A stretch of DNA of 64,000 bases, taken from Chrysemys picta bellii (taxonomy: Eukaryota). Position 1 is the first letter of the stretch. Every line of letters starts with the position of its first letter. The position numbers and the translations under genes are program-made. The stretch covers positions 112,716,001 through 112,780,000 of the forward strand of contig NC_088794.1 in NCBI RefSeq assembly GCF_011386835.1, read 5' to 3'. Below the pieces are notes generated by a model, which made no database searches, was not told the origin of the DNA, and was given only the letters and a program-made list of their open reading frames with translations. Of this stretch, positions 49,620 through 61,199 are shown in pieces.

Positions 49620-50020
49620 TTATTCATATAAACACGTAATCCTTTTATGAATGCGTATAAACTCTTGTGTACAGTTATATCTATTGGCAGTGAGTCCCAT
49701 AAATCAATTGTTCATTATGTTAAAATGTTTCCTTTTATCGGTTTTAGATGGGTTGCTTTTCATTTTGATTGAATGCCATCTTGTTCTTGTATTAAGAAAG
49801 GGTAAAACAGGAGCTTCCAATTTACCTTCTCTATCCCATTCATTATTTTATGCAACTCTATTATATCCTTTCTTACGTATGCATTCTCTAATCTAAATAG
49901 TACTAATCTTTCCTCAGATGGAAGTTTTTCCATAACTTTCCCACATAATCCGATGAAGTCACAATGGCTCCCAGATCTCAGCATTACCTCGATATTGGTG
50001 CTGCACATAAAAAAATTTAT
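49620..50020 (-). mobile_element. Old CR1 fragment
   Basis: Reverse ORF EERLVLFRLENAYVRKDIIELHKIMNGIEKVN resembles CR1 ORF2 ([20 protein letters not shown]). Confidence 0.75.
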
Positions 50021-52459
50021 TCCACACAAAGATGGAGAAAATTAAAGGGAATATTGGTCATGGGATGGGGTTAGGGAGTTGCAAGTGCAGGGTCGGCTTT
50101 AGGGGGTGGCAAGCAGGGCAATGCCTGGGCCCCGTGAAGCTAAGTTACGTGCTTCAGCCCCAGGCGGCGGGGCTTTGGCTTTAGACAAGGCTCACCAGTG
50201 AAAAACAGATTCAGGTATCACACTGAAATGTCAGTATAACATTTATATTCCAGTTGATTTATTTTATAATTATATGGTCAAAATGAGAGTAAGCAATTTT
50301 TCAGTAAGTGTGCTGTGACACTTGTATTTTTAGGTCTGATTTTGTAAACAAGTAGTTTTTAAGTGAGGTGAAACTTGGGGTACGCAAGACAAATCAGACT
50401 CTTGAAAGGGGTAGTTTGGAAAGGCTGAGAACCAATGGGAGGGGCCTCGGACTCCTAGCTCGCTTGACTTGATCCAGTGGTGTAGAAGATTGGAGAAAGA
50501 CAAAAGTGGGAGTGATCCTCAGAAAAAGTTGAGTGTGAATCCAGCAGCTACATGGATTCTGGTCTAGCTCACACTAGTTATTATTAAATTACAGTAGTGC
50601 CCAAGGGCCTCAATCAAGATCATGGCTCCATTGTGCTGGGCACTGCAGATACACATGGGAAGATATGATCCATGCCCCAAAGAGCTTACTGTCTAGTTTA
50701 AGGCAAAATGCAACAGAGACAACAATTTGGTGTATCAAACAATCAAAGGGAGGGTGAGGGAGGACGAAGGTAACAGTGGAAGAGGAACACGGCTACAGGT
50801 GCATAGTAGCATGTTTCCAGTCAGTGTGGTCTTTTAATTTATAAGACATAAATAAATAAACTGGGCACCAGGACATTCTACACTGGCCATTAGCCATCGA
50901 TTTCCCGTGGGGATGGTGGCAGGAGTGGGGCTTGAGGAGGAGAGGGTAGTCCCCTTCTGGATCAGTTCTGGGAGGGTGTCCCATGCACACTGAAGAGACA
51001 TGGAAGGAGGCACAATGGTGCTTGTGGAAGAAGTGGCCAAATGGAGGCTGGTGTCACTGGTGGAGCAGAGTGGATGGGGAAGGCAACACACCAAGGTACA
51101 AATGCAGGTAAGTAGGGACAAGCAGAGATGTGCCGGGCCTTACAGGGGAAGACAAAAAGCTTGAATGTGATGTGTGGAGAAAGCAGAGGGCAAGGCCCAA
51201 GAAGATGACCTTAGGACCAGCATCCTGAATGGACCTGAGGTCTGCAAGGAGCATCAGGGAGGCTGGAGAGCAAGAGGTTCCAGTAATGAAGTCAGGAAAT
51301 GACGAGGGCCTGGTCAAGAGCTTTAGTGGTGCAGATTGTGATACTAGTGTAATTCCATTGGCTTCAGTGCAGCTACTCTGGATTTACACCAGAGCAGCCT
51401 CATTCCCCATAACTCTGCCTTCAATCCCTAATCAAATAATGGAACCAGGGGTAAAAGGAAAAGTCTCTACCCCTAGAGGGCAATGTGAGCAGTAAGCAAC
51501 ATTGGGGGGTTGTAAAGAGCAAATCATGTCAGACGCAACTGATTTTTTTTTTAAATTTGGAAGGGAACAACTGGCCGCTGATAATGCTCTGCTCAGAGGA
51601 GGTGAAGGCCAAGGCATTGGACTTCAGCACAGTGGAGTCTGGCGGAGGCTGTCATTCAAATTCTCAAGCCCTTTGAGGAATTAACCCATGAGAGAAGCTT
51701 GGGAGACACTTGAGTATCTGACATGGTGCTAGCTGTCAGGGCTCTGACAGCCCATCTCAGCAATAAAGTGCCAGACCAGAGAATCTGGGCCATGAAAAAG
51801 GGAATTGTAACTTCTACAGCAACTTGCAGCCATCCTCAGACTTCACAGCACAGAAACAGAGTAACAGGAGTGCAGGCTGCGTGCTTCGAGTTCCCCTTGC
51901 TCACTTCTGAATCTCACCAAGAAAATCATGCCAGAGTTGCCATATATAGGCTGACTGGCAAATAAACACTAGTAGAGAAGATGAAAGAGAGATTGTCATC
52001 TAGTCCCCAAGAAAACCTGCTTGAAATTTCAAGCATGTACAGCTTCTGAGAACCAAACTTAGACTTATGGGATCCAGTGGCTATGAATGTTTTCCAACAA
52101 TGAGATGGCACTCATCTTCACTGACCCCACTATTCCCTACCCAGGGGACCTGGCTGGGGGTAGAAGTATAATGCGATCAGATTTTGTCATCCCATAAAAC
52201 TAGCTCTGCCTTTTCTTGGAGCTCTGTCAGGCTTTGGATGCTAAGGGTGAGACAAGAGATAGCTGCTGCTGCTTGAACATGCACAGAAGTTTGTGCACTA
52301 TTATGTGCCTGTGGTCGATTTCATGTGCTAGTGATTATGTTTCTGAATTCGCCACCAGGCTTTTCAGCAGTTGCTCATGTTTGCTGTACTACAATATGCA
52401 TTTGGTCTCATGGAGAGCTTTAGAAGTGCCAAGATCTCTGCCAAGATAGTCTTCCCAGC

Positions 52460-52760
52460 CTATGGTAACCCCCCTCTTTGGATTCATCCACTGGCTCCCT
52501 GTTTTCCATCACATCAATTCCAGTTTCTTGCCCTCACTTTCCAGAACCTTTACCACTCTGCCCTGCCTTCCTTATCCACTCTTCTCTCTTATCACACCAC
52601 CTCTTCGGCTAGACACCAGCCCACTGGTCTACTTCTCTCCTGAACATCTCTGTGCCTTCTTCCACACTGTCCCCGATGTCTGGAATGTCCTGAGCTGACC
52701 TGTAAAGCAGCCCGCTGCAGATTCCCTCCTCAAGATCTATTTCTAGCAACCACTGATGGC
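52460..52760 (+). mobile_element. L2 LINE 3' fragment
   Basis: HWLPVFHHINSSFL.. (compare L2 HWLPVxxRIxFK) followed by a pyrimidine-rich L2 tail. Confidence 0.65.
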
Positions 52761-52763
52761 TTC

Positions 52764-54000
52764 TGTGACACTGCACCCCATATTCGTCATAGTAATATTA
52801 TTAGAATATGGTTGTGGCATAATTATGATGCATTTTGTACAAGATAAGTCATGTGAAGTGTCATTGGAAAAGTTATGATTTGCTGAATATGATTATCCTA
52901 TTTGTATGCACATCTCATTTTTGTATCCAAAGATATAAATACTGACCATCTATCTGTACTTCAAATGTAGTTATACCTGGGTAACCCCCACTAGATAAGA
53001 TGCTTTCAGTCTAGATGGCTGGTTGGGAAGGGCTTAGTCAGGGCAATGACCCATTAGGGAAAACAATAGGCCTTAGGAGAAGCTTATCTCCCACATGTTG
53101 AGCCTTCCTGAGAACACTGCAGACAGCCTGTAAGTAATGGCTGCTGTGACTCTACAAAGACATGTGACCAGGCCACATGATGTTGGACTCCATCTTGGGC
53201 TGTCAGTATTTTTCCACAAACCAGTCTGGGAATCAAGTTTTGAAACAAAGGGTTCCCGCCCTATGCTAAAGCTATATAAGGCAGGGAGTGACATCATCTG
53301 GGGTTCTTCACTCCCCACACAAGACAACTCCTGGAAACACCTGAGGAACAAAGACTGAACTGGGGGAAGTGCTGGACTCAGGCTAAAGGGATTTCTAGCC
53401 TGTTTATGAAACACCTGGGCATTCCAAGCTGCAAAGCAAGTGCAGCTTGTGCCTTAAGAATCTACAAGTCTGCCTGTACCATCAGTTAGGGTGAGAATCT
53501 GCTATTCATGCCCATTCTATTTAGTATATTAAGCTCAGTTTGCATTTTTTTGTTTATTTGCTAGGTAATCTGCTCTGATCTGTTTGCTATCACTTAAAAT
53601 ATATCTTTTGTAGTTAATAAACTTGCTTTTGTTTTAATCTAAACCAGTGAGCTTTGACTGGAGTGCTTGGGGAAAATCTCTGCTTGGTACCACACGTGTG
53701 CATTGTCCTCTTCACATTGAGGGAGAGGCGGGCCAGGTTTTAAACCCATACAGTGGCCAGATTTGACCAGGGCAGGACGGTTCTACTCTGGGGTCCCAGG
53801 CTGGGAAGCTGGTGGTTGGAGAGCCTGCATGTAACTGCAGCTGGGTGTGTCCCTACCTGTGCGAATGCTGGTGAAAGTGGAGACTGGAGGGCTTTGCAGC
53901 TTGTCACAGCAGTACAGTGTGAGAGGGAGCCCAGGCTGGTGGGTCAGAGGGTTCAGTGGTACCTCAGTTCCAAGTGGCACCCTGGCGGGAACCTGTCACA
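52764..54000 (+). mobile_element. Solo LTR, 1237 bp
   Basis: TGTGACA...TGTCACA ends; TSD gcttc / gcttt; TATA (ctatataagg, about 53272) and AATAAA (about 53616). Confidence 0.85.
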
Positions 54001-55376
54001 GCTTTGTAAAGGTGGGGCTGCCAGGCATTACTGGTATTTCTGCCTTCCTAGTGTTTGTTATACTCAGAATCCTGTCTTGTTTCAAATTAGATTCTAAGAG
54101 CCTCAGGGCAGAGACTATTACTGTCTTTGCCTACCATGCTCAGCGCAATGGGGCCCTGAGCCTCATGTGGGCCCATGGGTGCTACTGCTAATATATTTAA
54201 AGCCCTTACTCACTATGCTTTACTTCTAGTGCTAAGTATCTGCTATCACTTTAAAAACTAAGCCATATTTTGGATGCTGCACTTTTCTATTTCAGTTTTT
54301 CAAACTCAGAAGTATTTCTCACAGATGCAATAAGCCGGTGTAGTGAAGAAATGAATCATTCCATTAAAGTTCAGGTAAAGAATTCCCTGTTTGATACAAA
54401 GTGTGAGGCCTGTCTCATTACCCAGCTTAATAGCTGCAGCCTGAGATTTTTTAGCCTTGTTTTTAGTGTCTGATGTTTCCACCTGGACTAGTCTGATGGA
54501 GATTTGCTCTCTGTCTTTAAGAAAGTTCGCCTCTAAATTGGCGGGAGCTGTTAGAGTGAAGGAGCTTATTATGTTTTCAAGGATGACAGGAGAAGTAACA
54601 TCTGCTTCAGGCTTTTAAACTACTCTTGCTCTCCTTGCAACGCTCATGGGAAGAGGGAAGTATGGGAACTTCAACAATGTCGAGTCTTATGGCTTATAGT
54701 CACAAAGACTCTTGCCATATGGCTGGGAGGGAGAAGAGAGCCCTGCCCAGAGAATGTCTAACCCTGGTAGAAAGGCACACATGCCAGCCTATAAAAACCC
54801 CAATGCACAGCAAATGAATTGTTTAAAGATAAGATGAGGGGGGAAGATTTTCAAAGTCACAGAAGGCCTGACAGGCCCCCCAAATCTCCTTGAACATTGA
54901 CAGCAGTTGGGCATCCACCGTCCCTTTGCAAATCTACTCTGATGTGTCTTGGCTTGGACTGGCACTCAGCTCTATTCAGCGAAACCACAGTGCTGCAGTG
55001 ACTGTGTAAAGCCCAGCATTCCCCCCAGTGCTTAAAGTGTGTGCGGCGGATGGGGGGCACTGCTCAGGGGTCATGGACCCAGCAACAAAAAGAAAAGAAA
55101 ATTCAAATTAAAAACCGAGCCCAGTTGCTGAGGGGAGCACTTGAGGCACTGTCTTACCACAGCCACGACTCCCAGATGATAGACACCCCGCCCCAGACTT
55201 TTAGCACTGATTCTCCCACACTCACTCTGAAGTCAGGAGCAACTGTAGCCGGGGAGAGGAAAAGGGATTCAATATTCCCCCAAGCCCTTCCTCAACCCTG
55301 TTCATTTCCAGCCCCAGGCACAGGTTGCTCTAGGCAAAAAGATCCAACACAAAGGCGCTCCCTCTCTTTCCCTCAC

Positions 55377-55815
55377 CTCCTGCTTTTGCCGGCAGCTGGA
55401 GGGATTATACTCAGCAACAGGGCCGTGTGTTGCGGGAGAGGCAGGTGTGATGGCAAGGAGGCAGATGATGGCAGTAGATGCCATGAATTTTTTAAGTGGA
55501 GCCATCACGCTATGCCCATGCCTTGCTGAACAGTGTTATCACTGCCTTTGTCCTTCCCTTCTCCTTTGGGTCTGGCCCCCTCGGAGCTGAGGGGGGGAGG
55601 GTAATTTCCAGCCCAAGGAGATATACACATGCTAGGTCTGATTGAGCTAGCATGGTTATGTCTACTGGAGTTGGAATTTACCCCGCCGGTCTGTTTTTCT
55701 TCCCTCCTTGTCATGTCCCAGCTGGATTTTGATCGGCAGGTCTTGGAGGTAGGGGCTGGGACTCTCCGCGTTTCATGAAGTGCCACGCACACTTTTAGGT
55801 GCTTTAAAAATAAAG
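55377..55815 (-). promoter_or_regulatory. Candidate SYNDIG1L promoter / non-coding first exon
   Basis: Non-repetitive stretch with several CpGs. Two minus-strand donor candidates (GAG|GTGAGG at 55377, GGG|GTAAAT at 55682), each with an A/T-rich TATA-like element upstream (about 55489-55495; 55804-55813, which also fits MEF2 YTAWWWWTAR). Confidence 0.35.
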
Positions 55816-56169
55816 CATCATCACTGGAATTTTAGACTGTGCACCATATAATCAGACCTGAAAAACCAGTTCAGCCTGGCTTGGGTCTGATGCAGCCACC
55901 TGGACTGAGAACCTGCCAAGGGACTGGAAACAAAGGGTCAAGACAAACTGCAAGGAATGGAGCAGGGAGTGGGCTGTAGAGCTAGTATTGGGTCTGGTCT
56001 GATTTAGCATCTTTATTAGTGATCTGAAAGGGGGAGGTTAATGATGTTCACAGATGATATTAAGGAGGAGCTACATAAGCACAAGTATCAGGGGGTAGCC
56101 GTGTTAGTCTGTATCTACAAAAACAACAAGGAGTCTGGTGGCACCTTAAAGACTAACAGATTTATTTGC

Positions 56170-56210
56170 GCATAAGCTTTTGTGAGTAAAAACCTCACTT
56201 CTTCGGATGC
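56170..56210 (-). ncRNA. Hammerhead-like motif with CCGAAGA core and G12A change
   Basis: GCAT-CCGAAGA-A-GTGAG-gttttta-CTCAC-AAAA-GCTT-ATGC on the minus strand; stem II perfectly paired. Confidence 0.65.
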
Positions 56211-56309
56211 ATAGAGTGAAAGTTACAGATGCAGGCATTATATACTGACACATGGAGAGCAGGGAGTTACTTCGCAAGTGGAGAACCAGTGTTGACAGGG
56301 CCAATTCAA

Positions 56310-58206
56310 TCAGGGTGGATGTAGTCCACTCCCAATAATAGATGAGGAGGTGTCAATTCCAGGAGAGGAAAAACTGCTTCTGTAATGAGCCAGCCACTCC
56401 CAGTCCCTATTCAAGCCCAGATTAATGGTGTTGAATTTGCAAATGAATTTTAGTTCTGCTGTTTCTCTTTGAAGTCTGTTTCTGAAGTTTTTTTGTTCAA
56501 TGATAGTGACTTTTAAATCTGTAATAGAATGACCAGGGAGATTGAAGTGTTCACTTACTGGCTTATGTATGTTACCATTCCTGATGTCCGATTTGTGTCC
56601 ATTTATTCTTTTGCGGAGGGACTGTCCGGTTTGGCCAATGTACATGGCAGAGGGGCATTGCTGGCACATGATGGCATATATAACATTAGTGGGTGTGCAG
56701 GTGAATGAGCCCTTGATGGTGTGGCTGATGTGGTTGGGTCCTCTGATGCTGTTGCCAGAGTAGATATGGGGACAGAGTAGGCAACGAGGTTTGCTACAGG
56801 GATAGGTTCCTGGGTTGGTGTTTCTGTGGTGTGGTGTGTAGTTGCTGGTGAGTATTTGCTTCAGGTTGGGGGGGTTGTCTGTAAGCGAGGACTGGCCTGC
56901 CTCCCAAGGTCTGAGAGAGTGAGGGATCATTTTCCAGGATAGGTTGTAGATCGTGGATAATGCACTGGAGAGGTTTTAGCTGGGGGCTGTATGTGATGGC
57001 CAGTGGTGTTCTGTTATTGTCCTTGTTGGGCCTGTCCTGTAGTAGGTGATTTCTGGGTACCCGTCTTGCTCTGTCAATCTGTTTCCTCACTTCCCCATGT
57101 GGGTATTGTAGTTTTATGAATGCTTGATAAAGATCTTGTAGGTGTTTGTCTCTGTCTGAGGGGTTGGAGCAAATTCGGTTGTATCTTAGGGCTTGGCTGT
57201 AGACAATGGATCGTGTGATGTGTCTTGGATGGAAGCTGGAGGCATGTAGGTACGTATAGCAGTCAGTAGGTTTCCGGTATAGGGTGGTGTTTATGTGACC
57301 ATCACTTATTTGTACTGTAGTGTCCAGGAAGTGGATCTCTTGTGTGGACTGGTCCAGGCTGAGGTTGATGGTGGGGTGGAAATCGTTGAAATCCAGATGG
57401 AATTCTTCAAGGGCCTCCTTTCCGTGGGTCCATATGATGAAGATGTCATCAATGTAGCGCAAGTAGAGGAGGGGCACTAGGGGACGAGAGCTGAGGAAGC
57501 GTTGTTCTAAGTCAGCCATAAAAATGTTGGCATACTGTGGGGCCATGCGGGTACCCATAGCAGTGCCACTGACTTGAAGGTATAAGTTGTCCCCAAATCT
57601 GAAGTGGTTGTGGGTGAGGACAAAGTCACAAAGCTCCGCCACCAGGCTTGCTGTGGCCTCATCAGGGATACTGTTCCTGACAGCTTGTAGTCCATCCTCA
57701 TGTGGAATATTGGTATAAAGTGCTTCTACATCCATGGTGGCCAGGATGGTGTTTTCAGGAAGAACATCAATGCATTGTAGTTTCCTCAGGAAGTCGGTGG
57801 TGTCTCGAAGATAGCTGGGAGTGCTGGTAGCATAGGGTCTGAGGAGAGAGTCCAAATAGCCAGATAATCCTGCTGTCAGAGTGCCAATGCCTGAGATGAT
57901 GGGGCGTCCAGGGTTTCCAGGTTTATGGATCTTGGGTAGCAGATAGAATACCCCTGGTCGGGGTTCTGGGGGTGTATCCATGTAGATTTGTTCCCGTACT
58001 GTAGCTGGGAATTTCTTGAGCAGATGGTGTAGTTTCTTTTGGTATTCCTCAGTGGGATCAGAGGATAGTGGCCTGTAGAATGTGGTCTTGGAGAGTTGCC
58101 TGGCAGCCTCCTGTTCATAATCTGACCTGTTCATTATGACTACAGCACCTCCTTTATCAGCCCCTTTGATGATAATGTCAGAGTTGTTTCTGAGGCTGTG
58201 GATGGC
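56310..58206 (-). pseudogene. PLE reverse transcriptase-GIY-YIG ORF split by one +1 frameshift
   Basis: Motifs ADKGG, FYLLPKIHK, GTAMG, YLRYIDD, Cys linker PCSKPRCLLC, NVIYAIMCQQC...MYIGQT, RLQRE. The G7 run at 56868-56874 would need to be G6 to give RQPPNLKQIL. Confidence 0.92.
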
Positions 58207-58292
58207 CTACATAAGCACACTTCTCTGTCCTCAGTGGGGTATCTATCCTACTGAGCACTCACGTGTCTAAAAGGTGCCTCGTGCTTCATGAA

Positions 58293-58771
58293 TAAGGTTA
58301 AGATTTAGTCACAGGTATTTTTGGCAAAAGTCACAGACAGGTCACTGGCAATAAATAAAAATTCACAACCTGTGGCCTGTCCATGACTTTTACCAAAAAG
58401 ACCCCTGACTAAATCTCTACTTCGGGGGCCCCACTGCTCTGGGGGGGCCCTGCTCCAGTGCTAGGGGTTGACTGCACCTCAGCTGTTGCTCCCGGGGACT
58501 GCTGCTCCAGCTGCCTGGGGACCGCTGCTGCTCGGGCAGTCCCCAGGTCACCCCCACGATCGCTGCTCGGGTGATCTCCGAAGCCAGCTGGCCCTGGGCT
58601 TCCCAAGCAAAGGCCGGTGCGGCTGGCCCCAGGGACCACTGGAGCAGCTGGCCCCAGGTCGCTCCAGCAGTGCCTGATGTGGATGGCCATAGAGCGCTCG
58701 AAGTCAGCAGACGTCACAGAGGTCATGGAAGTTGCGGATTTCGTGACCTCTGTGAAAGAATCGCAGCCTTA
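58293..58771. mobile_element. hAT-type MITE (TAAGG...CCTTA)
   Basis: Ends taaggttaaga / tcgcagcctta; 8-bp TSD ttcatgaa / ttcatgat. Confidence 0.75.
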
Positions 58772-59464
58772 TTCATGATCAATCAATTAAGGGCCTGATC
58801 ATGCTCCCATGAGCTGTGCCTGGATGGCACCTCCATTCATGGCTCTTGCCCTCCCAAGTAGAAGGGGCTCAGCTGCCTCCATGACAGTAACCTGTTCCTC
58901 TGGTCACTAGAGGGCACTCCACAGTTGAGGGGTGTATACAAGGAGGTGGGGAAATGCATCCTTCCCCTCCCAGCCCAGCAGAGCTCAGGGCACCAAGGTA
59001 ACATCCCACCCCATGATAGGATTCCCCTTTAAGGGGGATTCCAGGGGAAGCCCTAGTAGTGAGATTTTGTTGGAGCCAAAGTACCAAAGAGCTGCTGCAG
59101 AGGCACAAAGACCCCCTGCAGACGTCTCCAAGCTCCCCTGTACCAACATCTTCTGGGATCTGTGGAGATCCTGGGCAGTAAGCAGGATTTGTGGTGCAGC
59201 CCCCTAGACTGCTGGGTGGGGAGAGGGGTGAAAACTCCTTGAAGGAACAACTGGGGAGAAATGCAACTGAGATTTCTTCCCTTTGTCCTCTCCTGAGGCC
59301 TGAAGCGCTTTGGCACAGGGAGACTGGGTCTCAGACTTCTGTAATGCATCTAGCATCTTTTGGATGCTGGGGCTTGAATCCAGCAAAGCACTTAAACAGG
59401 TGCATAACCCTCAGCATGTAAGTAGCCCCATATAAATCAATGCATACTACTCATGTGCTTACTG

Positions 59465-59842
59465 CAGTGGTCCCCAAACTGTGGGGTGCACCCCCCTAAG
59501 GGGACATGGAGGAATGTTCAGGGGGCATAGCCAGGGCCCAGGCCTGCCCCTCAGGAGGGAGCACCACTCAGCCCCACTCTGCCCCCAGCTCTGCTGCCAA
59601 GAGCCTCATTCCTGGTCACAGCCCCAGCTGCAGCTCTGATCCCGGCCCCGACTCTGCTCCTGGCTGCGGCCCCCAGCTCTGGGCCCTGACTGTGGCCCTA
59701 GCTGCAATGCTGGCCCAGGTCCCAACCACGGCCCCATTCCCAGCTATGGCTGCGCTCCTGGTTCCTGCTCCTCACTGAAGCTCCCTGGGAGGCACAGACC
59801 AGGTAAGTGGGGGGCACAAGTGAAAAAGTTTGGGGACCACTG
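59465..59842. mobile_element. hAT-type MITE (CAGTGGTCCCCAAACT TIR)
   Basis: TIRs cagtggtccccaaact / agtttggggaccactg; TSD gcttactg / gcttaatg. Confidence 0.88.
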
Positions 59843-59944
59843 GCTTAATGTTATGCATATACTGTACTGGCTCAGGGTCTCTCTGCCTCTCCCTCAATAC
59901 ATAATAAAAGTCCTCACACACTCTTACTCCCCCTTGTGAGGTGA

Positions 59945-60085
59945 GTCAGTATTATCACATTTTACAGATGGGGAAACTGATGCACGGAGACATTTTAGTG
60001 ACTTGCCCAAGATCACATAGCAAGTCAGTGGCAGAGATGGAACTTGAATCTGCATCTTCTGCTTGCTAGTCCCAGCCTAAAGCCA
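59945..60085 (+). mobile_element. MIR (CORE-SINE) fragment
   Basis: attttacagatggggaaactga...gtgacttgcccaagatcacatagcaagtcagtggcagag. Confidence 0.85.
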
Positions 60086-60136
60086 CAAAAGCAGCTGCCA
60101 CTTGGGGTTAGAAAGGTTAGAAAAATAGCAAAGTAA

Positions 60137-60395
60137 GGGGAGGTTTACACTTAAAACGCTGCACTGGTGCAGCTGCACCACTGTAGTGCTTGCACGAAGA
60201 CGCTCCTATGCACAGAGCTCTCAGAAAGCTCTCTTATCGGCATAATTAGAGGCGGTAGCTCTATCAATGGGAGAAGCTCTCCCACCAACGTAGTGCTGTC
60301 TACACGGGGGGGTTAAGGTCGGTGTAACTACTACACTGCTCAGGGGCATGCAGCAAAATAGTTATACCAGCATAGGTCTGTATGCAGACCTGGCC
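60137..60395. mobile_element. PIF/Harbinger-type MITE
   Basis: TAA flanks on both sides; imperfect gg..gtttacac / gcagacc..gcc termini; internal gtctacac. Confidence 0.65.
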
Positions 60396-60919
60396 TAAGG
60401 TTCAGTTTGGGAAAGTGTTTGTATTATGCCCAGGGACAATAACCCCAAACATCATTATCAGCGGGAGGGAGAGCTGAGACCAGGAACAGCTGTGAGATTT
60501 GGTGGGGAGAGTGGGCAGCAAATACCACACTGCAAAGGATTGTGTTATAACAAAGGCCAAGGCAGTTTGGTGCTGCACTCTCCAAGGTTGAATGCCCTGG
60601 AGCAGGGAAGGGAAGGTGGCTCTGGTGCTACCACTCTGGGTTACCACATTCAATTCTAGGCACCCCGTTACAGAGGGAGCTTGATGAACTGGAAAGAGTC
60701 CAGAAAAAAAAGCAATGAAAATGACAGAGGGCAGGAGAGATTAAAGGAGCAAAATGCCAGCCTGTTAGTAGCTGGCAAATGTCAGAAGGGTGTACGCCCC
60801 AAGGCGGGGGAGGGGTTGTTTAGGGTGATCACAGGGATGTACCTAGGTGTAATGAGATGGAAATAACAGTGAGATCATTTGGGCTGAATATAAGGAAACA
60901 CCTACTGAACAGCAACCTA

Positions 60920-61199
60920 AACCTAATTTCCCCCTACTGTTACTCACACCTTCTTGTCAACTATCTGAAATGGGCCACTCATTACCACTTCAAATGTTAT
61001 TTATCCTGCTGGCAATTGAATTGTCTCGTTAGACTGACCTCACACTTGGTAAGGCAAATCAAGTCTTTTCATGTATTTATACCTGCTCCTGTATCTTCTA
61101 CTCCATGCATCTGATGAAGTGGGTTCTAGCCCACGAAAGCTTATGCCCAAATAAATTTGCTAATCTCTAAGGTGCCACAAGGACTCCTTGTTGTTTTTT
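60920..61199 (+). mobile_element. Penelope-like element 3' fragment (subfamily A)
   Basis: Homologous to 38174-38510 (ctactgttactcacaccttcttgtcaa ... aaggtgccacaaggactccttgttgttttt). Confidence 0.88.
61107..61146 (+). ncRNA. Minimal type I hammerhead ribozyme, canonical core
   Basis: Stem I GCAT/ATGC; CTGATGA (61111-61117); extra A; stem II GTGGGT/GCCCAC; GAAA (61135-61138); self-complementary AGCT as stem III; predicted cleavage after CUU (61142). Confidence 0.8.

Larger units (their letters stand above)
56084..58206 (-). mobile_element. Penelope-like retroelement (RT + GIY-YIG), 5'-truncated, subfamily B
   Basis: PLE RT and endonuclease ORFs plus a 3' pLTR-type end; perfect 13-bp TSD ctacataagcaca (56071-56083, 58207-58219). 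Confidence 0.97.

Noticed and set aside
48017-50437. One large hAT element spanning matching-type ends at 48017 and 50437
   Set aside because: The flanks share no 8-bp TSD and the interior holds unrelated sequence; treated as separate fragments.
51624-51645. RE1/REST-like site TTCAGCACAGTGGAGTC
   Set aside because: Only the left half-site matches; the right half (GGACAGCGCC) is largely absent.
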